Program-made: the position numbers and the translations under genes
DNA from: Enterobacteria phage Ac3
Sequence record: OK040907
Strand: one strand, 5' to 3'
Length of the DNA: 64,000 bases
Notes under the pieces: generated by a model
What the model was told of the DNA's origin: nothing
Database searches by the model: none
What the model saw: only the letters and a program-made list of their open reading frames with translations
Shown here: positions 1 through 14,097 of the stretch, piece by piece
Numbering within the stretch: position 1 is the first letter of the stretch
How the letters are laid out: each line of letters begins with the position of its first letter

Positions 1-1981
<1,981 letters not shown>

Positions 1982-2009
1982 TATTAAAGCATATTAAAGA
2001 GGATTAAAA

Positions 2010-3989
2010 ATGACTTTATTATCTCCGGGCATTGAGCTCAAAGAAACTACGGTTCAAAGCACCGTGGTTAATAACTCTACTGGTACAGCAGCTTTGGCCG
2101 GTAAATTCCAGTGGGGTCCTGCTTTTCAGATTAAACAGGTTACAAATGAAGTAGATTTAGTTAATACTTTTGGTCAACCAACCGCTGAAACTGCTGACTA
2201 TTTTATGTCTGCGATGAATTTCTTGCAGTACGGAAATGACTTACGAGTAGTTCGTGCTGTTGATAGAGATACCGCTAAAAACTCATCTCCGATTGCTGGT
2301 AATATTGAATACACAATTTCTACCCCAGGTAGTAACTATGCAGTTGGAGATAAAATCACGGTCAAATATGTTTCAGATGATATTGAAACTGAAGGTAAAA
2401 TTACCGAAGTAGACGCAGATGGAAAAATTAAGAAAATTAATATTCCTACTGCAAAAATTATTGCTAAAGCTAAAGAAGTTGGCGAATACCCAACATTAGG
2501 TTCTAACTGGACTGCAGAAATTTCTTCATCTTCTTCCGGTTTAGCTGCAGTAATAACTCTTGGAAAAATTATTACTGATTCCGGTATTTTATTAGCTGAA
2601 ATCGAGAGCGCTGAAACTGCTATGACAGCAGTTAATTTTCAGGAAAATCTTGAAAAATATGGAATTCCAGGAGTAGTAGCTCTCTATCCAGGCGAATTAG
2701 GCGATAAAATTGAAATTGAAATCGTATCTAAAGCTGACTATGCGAAAGGCGCTTCTGCATTACTGCCAATTTATCCAGGTGGTGGTACTCGTGCATCTAC
2801 TGCCAAGGCAGTATTTGGATATGGGCCGCAGACTGACTCACAGTACGCTATTATAGTTCGTCGAAATGATGCTATTGTTCAAAGCGTTGTTCTTTCAACT
2901 AAGCGTGGTGAAAAAGATATTTACGATAGTAACATCTATATCGATGACTTTTTCGCAAAAGGCGGCTCAGAATATATTTTTGCAACTGCACAAAACTGGC
3001 CAGAAGGCTTCTCTGGAATTTTAACTCTGTCTGGTGGATTATCATCAAATGCTGAAGTAACAGCAGGAGATTTGATGGAAGCTTGGGACTTCTTTGCTGA
3101 CCGTGAATCCGTTGATGTTCAACTGTTTATTGCGGGTTCTTGTGCCGGTGAATCTTTGGAAACAGCATCTACTGTCCAAAAACACGTCGTTTCAATTGGT
3201 GATGCTCGCCAGGATTGCTTAGTATTGTGCTCACCACCGCGTGAAACTGTAGTTGGAATTCCTGTAACCCGTGCTGTTGATAACTTAGTCAATTGGAGAA
3301 CTGCCGCAGGTTCATATACTGATAATAACTTTAATATTAGTTCAACCTACGCAGCAATTGATGGTAACTACAAATATCAGTATGACAAATATAATGATGT
3401 GAATCGTTGGGTTCCATTAGCAGCTGATATTGCTGGTTTATGCGCAAGAACTGATAACGTATCTCAGACTTGGATGTCACCAGCTGGTTATAATCGTGGC
3501 CAGATTCTTAACGTTATTAAACTTGCTATTGAAACTCGCCAGGCCCAACGTGACCGCTTATATCAAGAAGCTATCAACCCAGTAACTGGTACAGGTGGTG
3601 ATGGTTATGTATTGTATGGTGATAAAACAGCTACTTCTGTTCCTTCTCCATTTGATCGTATTAACGTTCGTCGTCTGTTTAATATGTTGAAAACGAATAT
3701 CGGACGTAGTTCAAAATATCGTTTGTTCGAATTAAACAACGCGTTTACTCGTTCTTCATTCCGTACAGAAACTGCTCAGTACTTGCAAGGAATTAAAGCT
3801 CTTGGCGGAATTTATGAATATCGTGTAGTTTGCGATACAACAAATAACACTCCGTCAGTAATTGATAGAAATGAGTTTGTTGCAACATTCTACATCCAAC
3901 CGGCGCGCAGTATAAATTATATCCAGCTTAACTTCGTTGCGACTGCTACTGGTGCAGATTTCGATGAGTTAACTGGTCTTGCTGGTTAA
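2010..3989 (+). CDS. 18: Contractile tail sheath protein
   Basis: 659 aa, same length as T4 gp18; strong RBS aagagga. Confidence 0.95.
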   Translation: MTLLSPGIELKETTVQSTVVNNSTGTAALAGKFQWGPAFQIKQVTNEVDLVNTFGQPTAETADYFMSAMNFLQYGNDLRVVRAVDRDTAKNSSPIAGNIEYTISTPGSNYAVGDKITVKYVSDDIETEGKITEVDADGKIKKINIPTAKIIAKAKEVGEYPTLGSNWTAEISSSSSGLAAVITLGKIITDSGILLAEIESAETAMTAVNFQENLEKYGIPGVVALYPGELGDKIEIEIVSKADYAKGASALLPIYPGGGTRASTAKAVFGYGPQTDSQYAIIVRRNDAIVQSVVLSTKRGEKDIYDSNIYIDDFFAKGGSEYIFATAQNWPEGFSGILTLSGGLSSNAEVTAGDLMEAWDFFADRESVDVQLFIAGSCAGESLETASTVQKHVVSIGDARQDCLVLCSPPRETVVGIPVTRAVDNLVNWRTAAGSYTDNNFNISSTYAAIDGNYKYQYDKYNDVNRWVPLAADIAGLCARTDNVSQTWMSPAGYNRGQILNVIKLAIETRQAQRDRLYQEAINPVTGTGGDGYVLYGDKTATSVPSPFDRINVRRLFNMLKTNIGRSSKYRLFELNNAFTRSSFRTETAQYLQGIKALGGIYEYRVVCDTTNNTPSVIDRNEFVATFYIQPARSINYIQLNFVATATGADFDELTGLAG

Positions 3990-4024
3990 TACGGTGCATT
4001 CTAAAGGCCTGTTTCGACAGGCCA

Positions 4025-4032
4025 TATAAATA
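4025..4032 (+). promoter_or_regulatory. Late promoter TATAAATA (first of two upstream of gene 19)
   Basis: Exact TATAAATA following a hairpin ggcctgtttcgacaggcc. Confidence 0.5.
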
Positions 4033-4083
4033 CACTATATCCTTAATTCTTTAATTCTATATGCCCTAGGTTAAACATAGGGA

Positions 4084-4091
4084 TATAAATA
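4084..4091 (+). promoter_or_regulatory. Late promoter TATAAATA upstream of gene 19
   Basis: Exact TATAAATA 15 nt upstream of gene 19 ATG. Confidence 0.6.
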
Positions 4092-4105
4092 CTACAGAGG
4101 CTAAT

Positions 4106-4597
4106 ATGTTTGTAGATGATGTAACACGAGCGTTTGAATCTGGTGATTTTGCGCGACCTAACTTATTCCAAGTAGAGATTTCTTATCTTGGCCAAAATTT
4201 TACGTTCCAATGTAAAGCTACTGCTTTACCAGCTGGTATTGTAGAAAAAATTCCAGTCGGATTTATGAACCGTAAAATTAATGTAGCAGGAGACCGTACA
4301 TTCGATGATTGGACTGTTACAGTGATGAATGATGAAGCTCATGATGCTCGTCAGAAGTTTGTTGATTGGCAAAGCATTGCTGCTGGTCAAGGAAACGAAA
4401 TTACTGGTGGAAAACCTGCAGAGTATAAAAAGAGCGCTATTGTTCGTCAATATGCTCGTGATGCTAAAACAGTAACAAAAGAAATTGAAATTAAAGGTCT
4501 ATGGCCTACTAACGTGGGTGAACTTCAATTAGATTGGGATTCAAACAATGAAATCCAAACATTTGAAGTAACTCTTGCTCTCGATTATTGGGAATAA
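4106..4597 (+). CDS. 19: Tail tube protein
   Basis: 163 aa, length and order as T4 gp19. Confidence 0.95.
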   Translation: MFVDDVTRAFESGDFARPNLFQVEISYLGQNFTFQCKATALPAGIVEKIPVGFMNRKINVAGDRTFDDWTVTVMNDEAHDARQKFVDWQSIAAGQGNEITGGKPAEYKKSAIVRQYARDAKTVTKEIEIKGLWPTNVGELQLDWDSNNEIQTFEVTLALDYWE

Positions 4598-4629
4598 AAT
4601 GAATGGGGAGAAATCCCCATCCTGCTTAA

Positions 4630-6254
<1,625 letters not shown>

Positions 6255-6255
<1 letters not shown>

Positions 6256-6491
6256 TGGAAGGTTTAATTGAAGCTATTAAATCAAACGACCTCGTAGCCG
6301 CTCGTAAATTATTTGCTGAAGCCATGGCTGCAAGAACGACTGATTTAATCAAAGAAGAAAAAATCACTATCGCTCGTAATTTCTTAATCGAGGGTGAAGA
6401 ACCTGATGACGAGGATGACGACGAAGATAGCGATGATGATAAAGACGACAAAAAAGACAAAGACTCTGATGAAGACGAGGATGATGAATAA
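6255..6491 (+). CDS. 67: Prohead core protein with acidic C-terminus
   Basis: 78 aa, D/E-rich tail, position between 20 and 68. Confidence 0.85.
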
Positions 6492-6916
6492 TGATTCTAA
6501 TCCCTGAAACTCATGAATTAGTTCTCGAGAATGTCGAAGCACTTATTCCTGAAGCACAGGGTCGCTTTGACGAGTTGTCTTCTGCTTTAAATAAAGACGA
6601 TATAAATAAAATTATCGAGAATATGCTTGATGATGAAACTGATTTAGCGGTTGCATTAGCTTCTATTAATGAAAATATGCCGTTAAATGAATTTATCGTT
6701 AAACATGTTTCTGCCCGTGGTGAAATTACTCGCACTAAAGATCGCAAAACCCGCGAACGTAATGCATTTCAAACTACCGGGTTGTCTAAAGCAAAACGTA
6801 GACAAATTGCTCGTAAAGCTACCAAAACGAAGATTGCCAATCCAGCAGGTCAATCTCGTGCTCAGCGTAAGCGTAAAAAAGCTCTTAAACGCCGTAAAGC
6901 ATTAGGATTAAGCTAA
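6491..6916 (+). CDS. 68: Prohead core protein
   Basis: 141 aa, basic C-terminus, position as T4 gene 68. Confidence 0.85.
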   Translation: MILIPETHELVLENVEALIPEAQGRFDELSSALNKDDINKIIENMLDDETDLAVALASINENMPLNEFIVKHVSARGEITRTKDRKTRERNAFQTTGLSKAKRRQIARKATKTKIANPAGQSRAQRKRKKALKRRKALGLS

Positions 6917-7554
6917 TGAATGAACCCCAATTGCTAATTGAAACTTGGGGTCAACCTGGCGAAATTATTGATGGTGTGCCAATGCTTGAATCCCATGATG
7001 GGAAAGACTTAGGTTTAAAACCTGGTTTATACATCGAAGGAATATTCATGCAAGCAGAAGTCGTCAATAGAAATAAACGTCTTTATCCAAAACGTATATT
7101 AGAAAAAGCGGTAAAAGACTATATTAATGAGCAAGTTTTAACTAAACAAGCTCTCGGAGAATTAAATCATCCTCCACGCGCTAATGTTGACCCGATGCAA
7201 GCCGCTATCATTATAGAAGATATGTGGTGGAAAGGAAATGACGTATACGGACGAGCTCGTGTTATTGAAGGTGACCATGGTCCTGGAGATAAATTAGCAG
7301 CTAATATTCGTGCCGGATGGATTCCAGGAGTTTCTTCTCGTGGATTAGGTTCATTGACTGACACAAATAAAGGTTATCGTATCGTAAACGAAGGATTCAA
7401 ATTAACTGTAGGTGTTGATGCAGTATGGGGTCCAAGTGCTCCAGATGCATGGGTAACTCCTAAGGAAATTACAGAATCACAGACGGCGGAAGCCGATACA
7501 AGTGCCGATGACGCCTATATGGCTCTCGCAGAGGCCATGAAAAAAGCGTTATAA
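6916..7554 (+). CDS. 21: Prohead core protease
   Basis: 212 aa, order and length as T4 gp21. Confidence 0.93.
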   Translation: MNEPQLLIETWGQPGEIIDGVPMLESHDGKDLGLKPGLYIEGIFMQAEVVNRNKRLYPKRILEKAVKDYINEQVLTKQALGELNHPPRANVDPMQAAIIIEDMWWKGNDVYGRARVIEGDHGPGDKLAANIRAGWIPGVSSRGLGSLTDTNKGYRIVNEGFKLTVGVDAVWGPSAPDAWVTPKEITESQTAEADTSADDAYMALAEAMKKAL

Positions 7555-7557
7555 ATA
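7550..7557 (+). promoter_or_regulatory. Late promoter TATAAATA upstream of gene 22
   Basis: Exact TATAAATA overlapping gene 21 stop, 28 nt upstream of gene 22 ATG. Confidence 0.6.
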
Positions 7558-7584
7558 TTATTATCTAAACAACAGGACTACAAA

Positions 7585-8394
7585 ATGCTTAAAGAACAAC
7601 TGATTGCCGAAGCGCAGAAAATTGATGCTTCCGTTGCTCTTGATAGTATTTTCGAATCAGTTAATATTTCTCCGGAAGCAAAAGAAACTTTCGGCACTGT
7701 ATTCGAAGCTACCGTCAAGCAGCACGCCGTTAAATTAGCTGAATCTCATATCGCTAAAATTGCTGAAAAAGCAGAAGAAGAAGTAGAAAAAAATAAAGAA
7801 GAAGCAGAAGAAAAAGCTGAGAAGAAAATCGCTGAGCAAGCTTCTAAATTCCTTGACCATCTTGCAAAAGAATGGCTCACTGAAAATAAATTAGCAGTAG
7901 ATAAAGGTATCAAAGCCGAACTGTTTGAATCCATGCTTGGTGGATTGAAAGAGCTCTTCGTTGAACACAACGTTGTTGTTCCAGAAGAATCAGTTGATGT
8001 TGTAGCTGAAATGGAAGAAGAACTGCAAGAACATAAAGAAGAATCAGCTCGTCTGTTCGAAGAACTCAATAAGCGTGACGCATATATCAATTATGTGCAG
8101 CGTGAAGTGGCATTGAGCGAAAGTACTAAAGATCTGACTGAGTCTCAAAAAGAAAAAGTCTCTGCTCTGGTCGAAGGTATTGATTATTCAGATGCATTCT
8201 CAAGCAAATTGAGTGCCATCGTAGAAATGGTGAAGAAATCTAATAAAGATGAAAGCACTATTACTGAGAGTATAAATACTCCTGATACTGAAGCAGCCGG
8301 ACTGAATTTCGTCACTGAAGCTGTAGAAGATAAATCTGCACAAGGTGCAGAAGATATTGTAAGTGTATATGCGAAAGTCGCATCTCGTTTCTAA
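7585..8394 (+). CDS. 22: Prohead core scaffold protein
   Basis: 269 aa, coiled-coil E/K-rich, order as T4. Confidence 0.9.
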   Translation: MLKEQLIAEAQKIDASVALDSIFESVNISPEAKETFGTVFEATVKQHAVKLAESHIAKIAEKAEEEVEKNKEEAEEKAEKKIAEQASKFLDHLAKEWLTENKLAVDKGIKAELFESMLGGLKELFVEHNVVVPEESVDVVAEMEEELQEHKEESARLFEELNKRDAYINYVQREVALSESTKDLTESQKEKVSALVEGIDYSDAFSSKLSAIVEMVKKSNKDESTITESINTPDTEAAGLNFVTEAVEDKSAQGAEDIVSVYAKVASRF

Positions 8395-8412
8395 TTTTAA
8401 AGGTTAACACAA

Positions 8413-9978
8413 ATGACTATCAAAACTAAAGCTGAACTTTTGAACAAATGGAAGCCATTACTGGAAGGTGAAGGTTTACCGGAAATTGCTAATAGCAAAC
8501 AAGCGATTATCGCTAAAATCTTTGAAAACCAGGAAAAAGATTTCCAGACAGCTCCGGAATATAAAGACGAAAAAATTGCTCAGGCATTCGGTTCTTTCTT
8601 AACAGAAGCTGAAATCGGTGGTGACCACGGTTATAATGCTACTAACATTGCTGCAGGTCAGACTTCTGGCGCGGTAACTCAGATTGGCCCAGCTGTTATG
8701 GGTATGGTACGTCGTGCTATTCCTAACCTGATTGCCTTCGATATTTGTGGTGTTCAGCCGATGAACAGCCCGACTGGCCAGGTATTCGCACTGCGCGCAG
8801 TATACGGTAAAGACCCAATCGCTTCCGATGCTAAAGAAGCATTCCATCCAATGTATGGTCCAGATGCAATGTTCTCTGGTCAGGGTGCTGCTAAGAAATT
8901 CACAGCTCTGGCTGCTAGCACACAAACCACAGTAGGTGATATCTATACTCACTTCTTCCAGGACACTGGTACTGTGTATCTGCAAGCTTCTGCTCAAGTA
9001 ACAATTAGTGCAAGCGCAACTGACGCAGCTAAATTAGATGCTGAAATTAAGAAACAAATGGAAGCTGGTGTACTGGTAGAAATCGCTGAAGGTATGGCTA
9101 CTTCTATCGCTGAACTCCAGGAAGGTTTCAATGGTTCTACCGATAACCCATGGAATGAAATGGGCTTCCGTATCGATAAGCAAGTTATCGAAGCTAAATC
9201 TCGTCAGCTGAAAGCTGCTTACTCTATCGAATTAGCACAGGACCTCCGCGCTGTTCACGGTATGGATGCTGATGCTGAACTGTCTGGCATTCTGGCTACA
9301 GAAATTATGCTGGAAATCAACCGCGAAGTTGTTGATTGGATTAACTACTCAGCTCAGGTTGGTAAATCTGGTATGACCCTGACTCCGGGTTCTAAAGCTG
9401 GTGTATTTGACTTCCAGGACCCAATCGATATTCGTGGTGCTCGCTGGGCAGGTGAATCCTTTAAAGCTCTGTTGTTCCAGATTGACAAAGAAGCAGTTGA
9501 AATTGCTCGTCAGACTGGTCGCGGCGAAGGTAACTTCATTATCGCTTCCCGTAACGTAGTTAACGTTCTGGCTTCAGTTGATACCGGCATTTCTTATGCT
9601 GCACAGGGTCTGGCTACTGGCTTTAACACTGATACTACCAAGTCAGTATTTGCTGGTGTTCTGGGTGGTAAATACCGTGTATATATCGACCAGTATGCTA
9701 AACAGGATTATTTCACTGTAGGTTATAAAGGTCCGAACGAAATGGATGCTGGTATTTACTACGCTCCATATGTAGCTCTGACTCCACTGCGTGGTTCTGA
9801 TCCGAAGAACTTCCAACCAGTAATGGGATTCAAAACTCGTTACGGTATCGGTATCAACCCATTTGCAGAATCCGCTGCTCAGGCTCCGGCTTCTCGCATT
9901 CAGAGTGGTATGCCTTCTATCCTGAACAGCCTTGGTAAGAACGCTTACTTCCGCCGTGTATATGTTAAAGGTATCTAA
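8413..9978 (+). CDS. 23: Major capsid protein
   Basis: 521 aa; contains the g23 marker primer regions (gatatttgtggtgttcagccgatga); biased codon usage typical of a highly expressed gene. Confidence 0.97.
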   Translation: MTIKTKAELLNKWKPLLEGEGLPEIANSKQAIIAKIFENQEKDFQTAPEYKDEKIAQAFGSFLTEAEIGGDHGYNATNIAAGQTSGAVTQIGPAVMGMVRRAIPNLIAFDICGVQPMNSPTGQVFALRAVYGKDPIASDAKEAFHPMYGPDAMFSGQGAAKKFTALAASTQTTVGDIYTHFFQDTGTVYLQASAQVTISASATDAAKLDAEIKKQMEAGVLVEIAEGMATSIAELQEGFNGSTDNPWNEMGFRIDKQVIEAKSRQLKAAYSIELAQDLRAVHGMDADAELSGILATEIMLEINREVVDWINYSAQVGKSGMTLTPGSKAGVFDFQDPIDIRGARWAGESFKALLFQIDKEAVEIARQTGRGEGNFIIASRNVVNVLASVDTGISYAAQGLATGFNTDTTKSVFAGVLGGKYRVYIDQYAKQDYFTVGYKGPNEMDAGIYYAPYVALTPLRGSDPKNFQPVMGFKTRYGIGINPFAESAAQAPASRIQSGMPSILNSLGKNAYFRRVYVKGI

Positions 9979-9993
9979 TCTTTGACGATTTAA

Positions 9994-10009
9994 GGGACCT
10001 TCGGGTCCC
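9994..10009 (+). terminator. Hairpin gggaccttcgggtccc after gene 23
   Basis: Perfect 6-bp GC stem with tetraloop, followed by T-rich run. Confidence 0.6.
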
Positions 10010-10026
10010 TTTAGTTGTTTTTATGG

Positions 10027-10034
10027 TATAAATA
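10027..10034 (+). promoter_or_regulatory. Late promoter TATAAATA upstream of gene 24
   Basis: Exact TATAAATA 27 nt upstream of ATG. Confidence 0.6.
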
Positions 10035-10061
10035 AATCATATAAACCAAAAGGAAAGCGCA

Positions 10062-11345
10062 ATGGCTAAAATCAACGAACTTCTGCGCGAATCAACCACA
10101 ACGAATAGCAACTCAATCGGTCGCCCAAATCTCGTTGCTTTGACTCGCGCTACCACTAAATTAATATATTCTGACATTGTAGCAACGCAAAGAACTAATC
10201 AACCTGTTGCTGCTTTTTATGGTATCAAATACCTTAACCCAGACAACGAATTTACATTTAAAACTGGTGCTACTTATGCTGGCGAAGCTGGATATGTAGA
10301 CCGAGAACAAATCACAGAATTAACAGAAGAGTCTAAATTAACTCTCAATAAAGGCGATTTATTCAAATATAATAATATCGTTTATAAAGTATTAGAAGAT
10401 ACACCATTTGCTGATATTGAAGAAAGTGATTTAGAATTAGCTCTTCAGATTGCAATTGTTCTTTTAAAGGTTCGTCTATTTTCTGACGCGGCGTCAACAA
10501 GCAAATTTGAAAGCTCTGATAGTGAAATTGCGGATGCTAGATTCCAGATTAATAAATGGCAAACCGCAGTTAAATCTCGTAAACTTAAAACTGGTATCAC
10601 AGTTGAATTAGCACAAGATTTAGAAGCAAATGGATTCGATGCTCCTAATTTCTTGGAAGATTTGCTTGCAACTGAAATGGCAGATGAAATCAATAAAGAT
10701 ATTCTGCAGTCTTTGATTACAGTATCAAAACGTTATAAAGTTACAGGAATTACTGATACTGGATTCATTGATTTGAGTTATGCATCTGCACCTGAAGCTG
10801 GTCGTTCATTATACCGAATGGTATGTGAAATGGTTTCGCATATCCAAAAAGAATCAACTTATACAGCAACGTTCTGTGTTGCTTCAGCTCGTGCCGCTGC
10901 GATTCTTGCTGCATCAGGTTGGTTAAAACATAAACCAGAAGATGATAAGTATCTTTCACAAAATGCCTACGGGTTCTTAGCTAATGGTTTACCGCTTTAT
11001 TGCGATACTAACAGCCCATTAGATTATGTAATCGTTGGCGTAGTAGAAAATATCGGTGAAAAAGAAATTGTTGGATCAATTTTCTATGCTCCGTATACAG
11101 AAGGTCTCGACTTAGATGACCCTGAACATGTAGGTGCATTTAAAGTTGTTGTTGATCCAGAAAGCTTGCAACCGTCTATCGGTTTATTAGTTAGATATGC
11201 TTTATCTGCAAATCCTTATACTGTAGCAAAAGATGAAAAAGAAGCAAGAGTAATTGACGGTGGAGACATGGATAAAATGGCGGGTCGTTCAGATTTGTCT
11301 GTTTTATTAGGTGTTAAATTACCAAAAATTATTATCGATGAATAA
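10062..11345 (+). CDS. 24: Capsid vertex protein (gp23 paralog)
   Basis: 427 aa, order and length as T4 gp24. Confidence 0.93.
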   Translation: MAKINELLRESTTTNSNSIGRPNLVALTRATTKLIYSDIVATQRTNQPVAAFYGIKYLNPDNEFTFKTGATYAGEAGYVDREQITELTEESKLTLNKGDLFKYNNIVYKVLEDTPFADIEESDLELALQIAIVLLKVRLFSDAASTSKFESSDSEIADARFQINKWQTAVKSRKLKTGITVELAQDLEANGFDAPNFLEDLLATEMADEINKDILQSLITVSKRYKVTGITDTGFIDLSYASAPEAGRSLYRMVCEMVSHIQKESTYTATFCVASARAAAILAASGWLKHKPEDDKYLSQNAYGFLANGLPLYCDTNSPLDYVIVGVVENIGEKEIVGSIFYAPYTEGLDLDDPEHVGAFKVVVDPESLQPSIGLLVRYALSANPYTVAKDEKEARVIDGGDMDKMAGRSDLSVLLGVKLPKIIIDE

Positions 11346-11351
11346 AACAAA

Positions 11352-11367
11352 GGGACCGAAAGGTCCC
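11352..11367. terminator. Bidirectional hairpin gggaccgaaaggtccc between convergent genes 24 and rnlB
   Basis: Perfect inverted repeat flanked by A and T runs. Confidence 0.6.
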
Positions 11368-11374
11368 TTTTTAT

Positions 11375-12379
11375 TTAGCTCACCAACTCAATCCAAGCTG
11401 GACGAAGTACATCTTGCACCATTTTAACTAATTCCTTTTTAATCAAAGAAGGATTATCTGCTTGAGTTAGAGTAATACCTTCACGAGAAGTTTCTTCCAA
11501 AATATCTTGGACAGTTAGCCCCATCACCTTTCCAAAATCCTTTGGACCAATTTCGCCAATTTTAGAAATAACGTTATTTACTCGGTTCAGTGTAACGTAA
11601 CAAGCTAAAATTCCCACCAATTTGTTATCAGCTTCTGACAATTCAACTTTAGCTTTAATAGGCTTATCAGACTTTTTCTTTTCACTAAATTTAGAATTCT
11701 TGCATTTGATGGCTACACGATTGCGATTAGGCAGCCAAGAAGGATAACAAGGTTTCAATACATATCCTTCAGCGGTAAATACTTCGCCTTTGGCTTCGGC
11801 ATTCCAAACGCATTTATTTGCATCAACTAATCCAGCATGGTCTACTGTAAAATTATAATCTTGGACGACAGAATCTAAATCATTTGGCAATTTAATAAGC
11901 TCTTCAAATTTACCGCGGCCTAAAAGTGGAGCGATTTTAAACCCAAATGAATTACAAAATGATTCCATCATATAATCATCGACATAAGTCACATCGCCAC
12001 TTTCTGTAGTGACAATAATGTCAAATACATAAAAATCTTTATCGCCATAATCAACATTCTTCTGAATGCCAGGTCCAGCGAATTCGCCAAAAACTTGATA
12101 AGATACAACCGCTGAAATTTCCATAATATCTTGTACTGCTTTAATGGAATCAGCGTAATTCTTTAGAATAATTTCATACCCAAAGAAATCTTCAGCAGGA
12201 AGAATCGGTCCAGTACGTTTAGCGCAAGTTACTTTATCACGCTCAATAATCAATGAGAAATTTGTGCCGTGAATCTTTTCACGAGCTACCCATTCGCCGC
12301 CAGTCAATCCCAAGCTATAAAGTTTTTCAATAAATTTAGAGTTGTAATGATTTTCAAGACTGCTATACTTTTTAAACAT
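11375..12379 (-). CDS. rnlB: RNA ligase 2
   Basis: 334 aa; nucleotidyltransferase motif KIHGTN; position after gene 24 as T4 rnlB. Confidence 0.9.
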   Translation of the reverse strand: MFKKYSSLENHYNSKFIEKLYSLGLTGGEWVAREKIHGTNFSLIIERDKVTCAKRTGPILPAEDFFGYEIILKNYADSIKAVQDIMEISAVVSYQVFGEFAGPGIQKNVDYGDKDFYVFDIIVTTESGDVTYVDDYMMESFCNSFGFKIAPLLGRGKFEELIKLPNDLDSVVQDYNFTVDHAGLVDANKCVWNAEAKGEVFTAEGYVLKPCYPSWLPNRNRVAIKCKNSKFSEKKKSDKPIKAKVELSEADNKLVGILACYVTLNRVNNVISKIGEIGPKDFGKVMGLTVQDILEETSREGITLTQADNPSLIKKELVKMVQDVLRPAWIELVS

Positions 12380-12391
12380 AATTAATCCTTA

Positions 12392-12670
12392 AAATGTAAT
12401 TTCTAACCAATCACCATCACGCTGATCACTATTGACTTTAAAATTAAATCCTTCTTTTCTCAGCCAATCACCAATTTCTTCAGTAATCAATTTATCACGA
12501 GCAGTACAATAATAACTAAAATATGTTTTACCTTGTTCAGCTGCTTTATTAGCAAGTTCTGAAAAATCTTTAATAAAACACTCTAGCTTAAACTGTTTAC
12601 TTTTTAATGCTTTTTCACGTAATTGATTAGCAAAAGATTCATTTTCATAAAGATTACACAGTGCCGTTTT
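12392..12670 (-). pseudogene. 93-codon open frame with protein-like translation but no ATG/GTG/TTG start; possible N-terminally truncated 24.2-like gene
   Basis: Manual translation ends ...RDGDWLEITF* 12 nt before rnlB start; frame opens exactly where the GC-rich block ends. Confidence 0.35.
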
Positions 12671-12869
12671 TCACCTTTTTGTTGATGTGACGTTTGCGGT
12701 AAACCACTTTTTCGCGGGTTTCGAACTTGTTTTTAGCGGTCATGGCACGTGCCCACAGAACGGCAACTTCTTTGGCCTGCAGGTTCAGTTCACGAGCAAT
12801 TTCGATGAAGCTTTTACCGGATTCGTGCAGGGTGAACACTACAACCTCGGTGCGCATAATCAATCTCAT
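12654..12869 (-). CDS. Small protein with helix-turn-helix-like segment; GC3-rich codon usage
   Basis: 71 aa ORF (67 aa from second ATG at 12857); codons ctg/cgt/acc/gaa dominate, unlike neighbours. Confidence 0.5.
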   Translation of the reverse strand: MRLIMRTEVVVFTLHESGKSFIEIARELNLQAKEVAVLWARAMTAKNKFETREKVVYRKRHINKKVKNGTV

Positions 12870-12937
12870 GTTATCGAGTTGGTGCCATTATATACATCAT
12901 TTTCTGATTGTGTTTTGTGTGCTTTCAAAATGAAAAA

Positions 12938-12951
12938 GGGGCCGAAGCCCC
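12938..12951 (-). terminator. Hairpin ggggccgaagcccc downstream of hoc
   Basis: Perfect GC stem with tetraloop immediately after hoc stop. Confidence 0.55.
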
Positions 12952-12957
12952 TTTCGA

Positions 12958-14088
12958 TTATGGATAAGTATAGATGATACCAGTTTCTAAAGCAGTTTTA
13001 TGGATGATGTATCCATTACGTGATTCTTGAACATCAACTTCTGGATAATCTTTCATCATCTTCTGAAGCGTATAACGATGCAAGTAGTACTTACTATCTG
13101 GATCTTCAGTTTTCCAATCTTTACCTTCTTCAGTCATTTTTTGGATTTCATCCATAACCCACCAACCGCACCAGATGTAAGCTGAAGTACGATGTGGAAG
13201 AGGATGAACATAAGGTAATTCACCTTCCGGTTCTGGAGCAACTTTATCAGTTACCTGAACTTGACCCGTCGTTTTAACTGTTTTACTATCATAATCAGTT
13301 GCAGTAACAACTACAGTAACTTCAATAGTTTGACTTCCAATAGATGAGGTATCAACTGTATATACATTAGTTGACCCTTCTACAGGAGAAGAATCTTTCT
13401 TCCATGAATACTCAATTTGCGCTTCTTCTGGAGCATCAGTGACATTAGCGGTAAATGTAGCTGAAGCATCTTGCTGAACGTTAATAGAAGGAGGAGTCAA
13501 TGTAACCTGTGGATTCATTGTCTTCTTATTAACTGTTAATGATACTTCATTAGAAGTAACTTCCTTTTCATTGTAATTTTCTGCTGTTACTTGGGCTACG
13601 CATTTAATTCTTTTTACTCCACTTGTAGTTGGAGTATAGCTAAATGTAGAGTTAGTTTCTCCACCAACTTGAGAATCATCTACATACCATTTATATGTAG
13701 CAGACGCTCCATCAGGTTGAGAAGCTAAGGCAGCAGTAAATTGAACTGGGGTTCCAATTACTCCAGCAGCGGGACTATTGGGAGTTACTGCCAATGTAGT
13801 TGTCTGAGTTTTGTTTTTGACTGTGATAGTTGTAGTAGCTTCTGCTGTTTCAGCTTCAGATTCTGGAACTGTATTTGTTGCAACAACTTTAATAGTCTTT
13901 TGACCAGCAGGACCTTTTAATACATAATCAAAAGTTGCTTCAGACCCATCTTGTGGAGCATTATCTACACTCCAAGCATAAGTAATAGTTCCACCTCCAG
14001 TTTCACCACTGGGTGCAGCAGTAAACTGCTTGGTTTCATCAATAACCCCTGTCGGTGTTTTAGGAGTTATATCAACTGTAAAAGCCAT
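12958..14088 (-). CDS. hoc: Highly immunogenic outer capsid protein (Ig-like domains)
   Basis: 376 aa as T4 Hoc; repeated Ig-like segments; position. Confidence 0.9.
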   Translation of the reverse strand: MAFTVDITPKTPTGVIDETKQFTAAPSGETGGGTITYAWSVDNAPQDGSEATFDYVLKGPAGQKTIKVVATNTVPESEAETAEATTTITVKNKTQTTTLAVTPNSPAAGVIGTPVQFTAALASQPDGASATYKWYVDDSQVGGETNSTFSYTPTTSGVKRIKCVAQVTAENYNEKEVTSNEVSLTVNKKTMNPQVTLTPPSINVQQDASATFTANVTDAPEEAQIEYSWKKDSSPVEGSTNVYTVDTSSIGSQTIEVTVVVTATDYDSKTVKTTGQVQVTDKVAPEPEGELPYVHPLPHRTSAYIWCGWWVMDEIQKMTEEGKDWKTEDPDSKYYLHRYTLQKMMKDYPEVDVQESRNGYIIHKTALETGIIYTYP

Positions 14089-14097
14089 AAGTTATCC

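Noticed and set aside
6400-6491. Acidic low-complexity gat/gac/gaa run
   Set aside because: It is the D/E-rich C-terminus of prohead core protein gp67, a normal feature of this protein.
12870-12957. MotA-box-like TGCTTTCA on the plus strand near 12921
   Set aside because: It lies within the terminator region between convergent minus-strand genes and has no plus-strand gene downstream; likely fortuitous.
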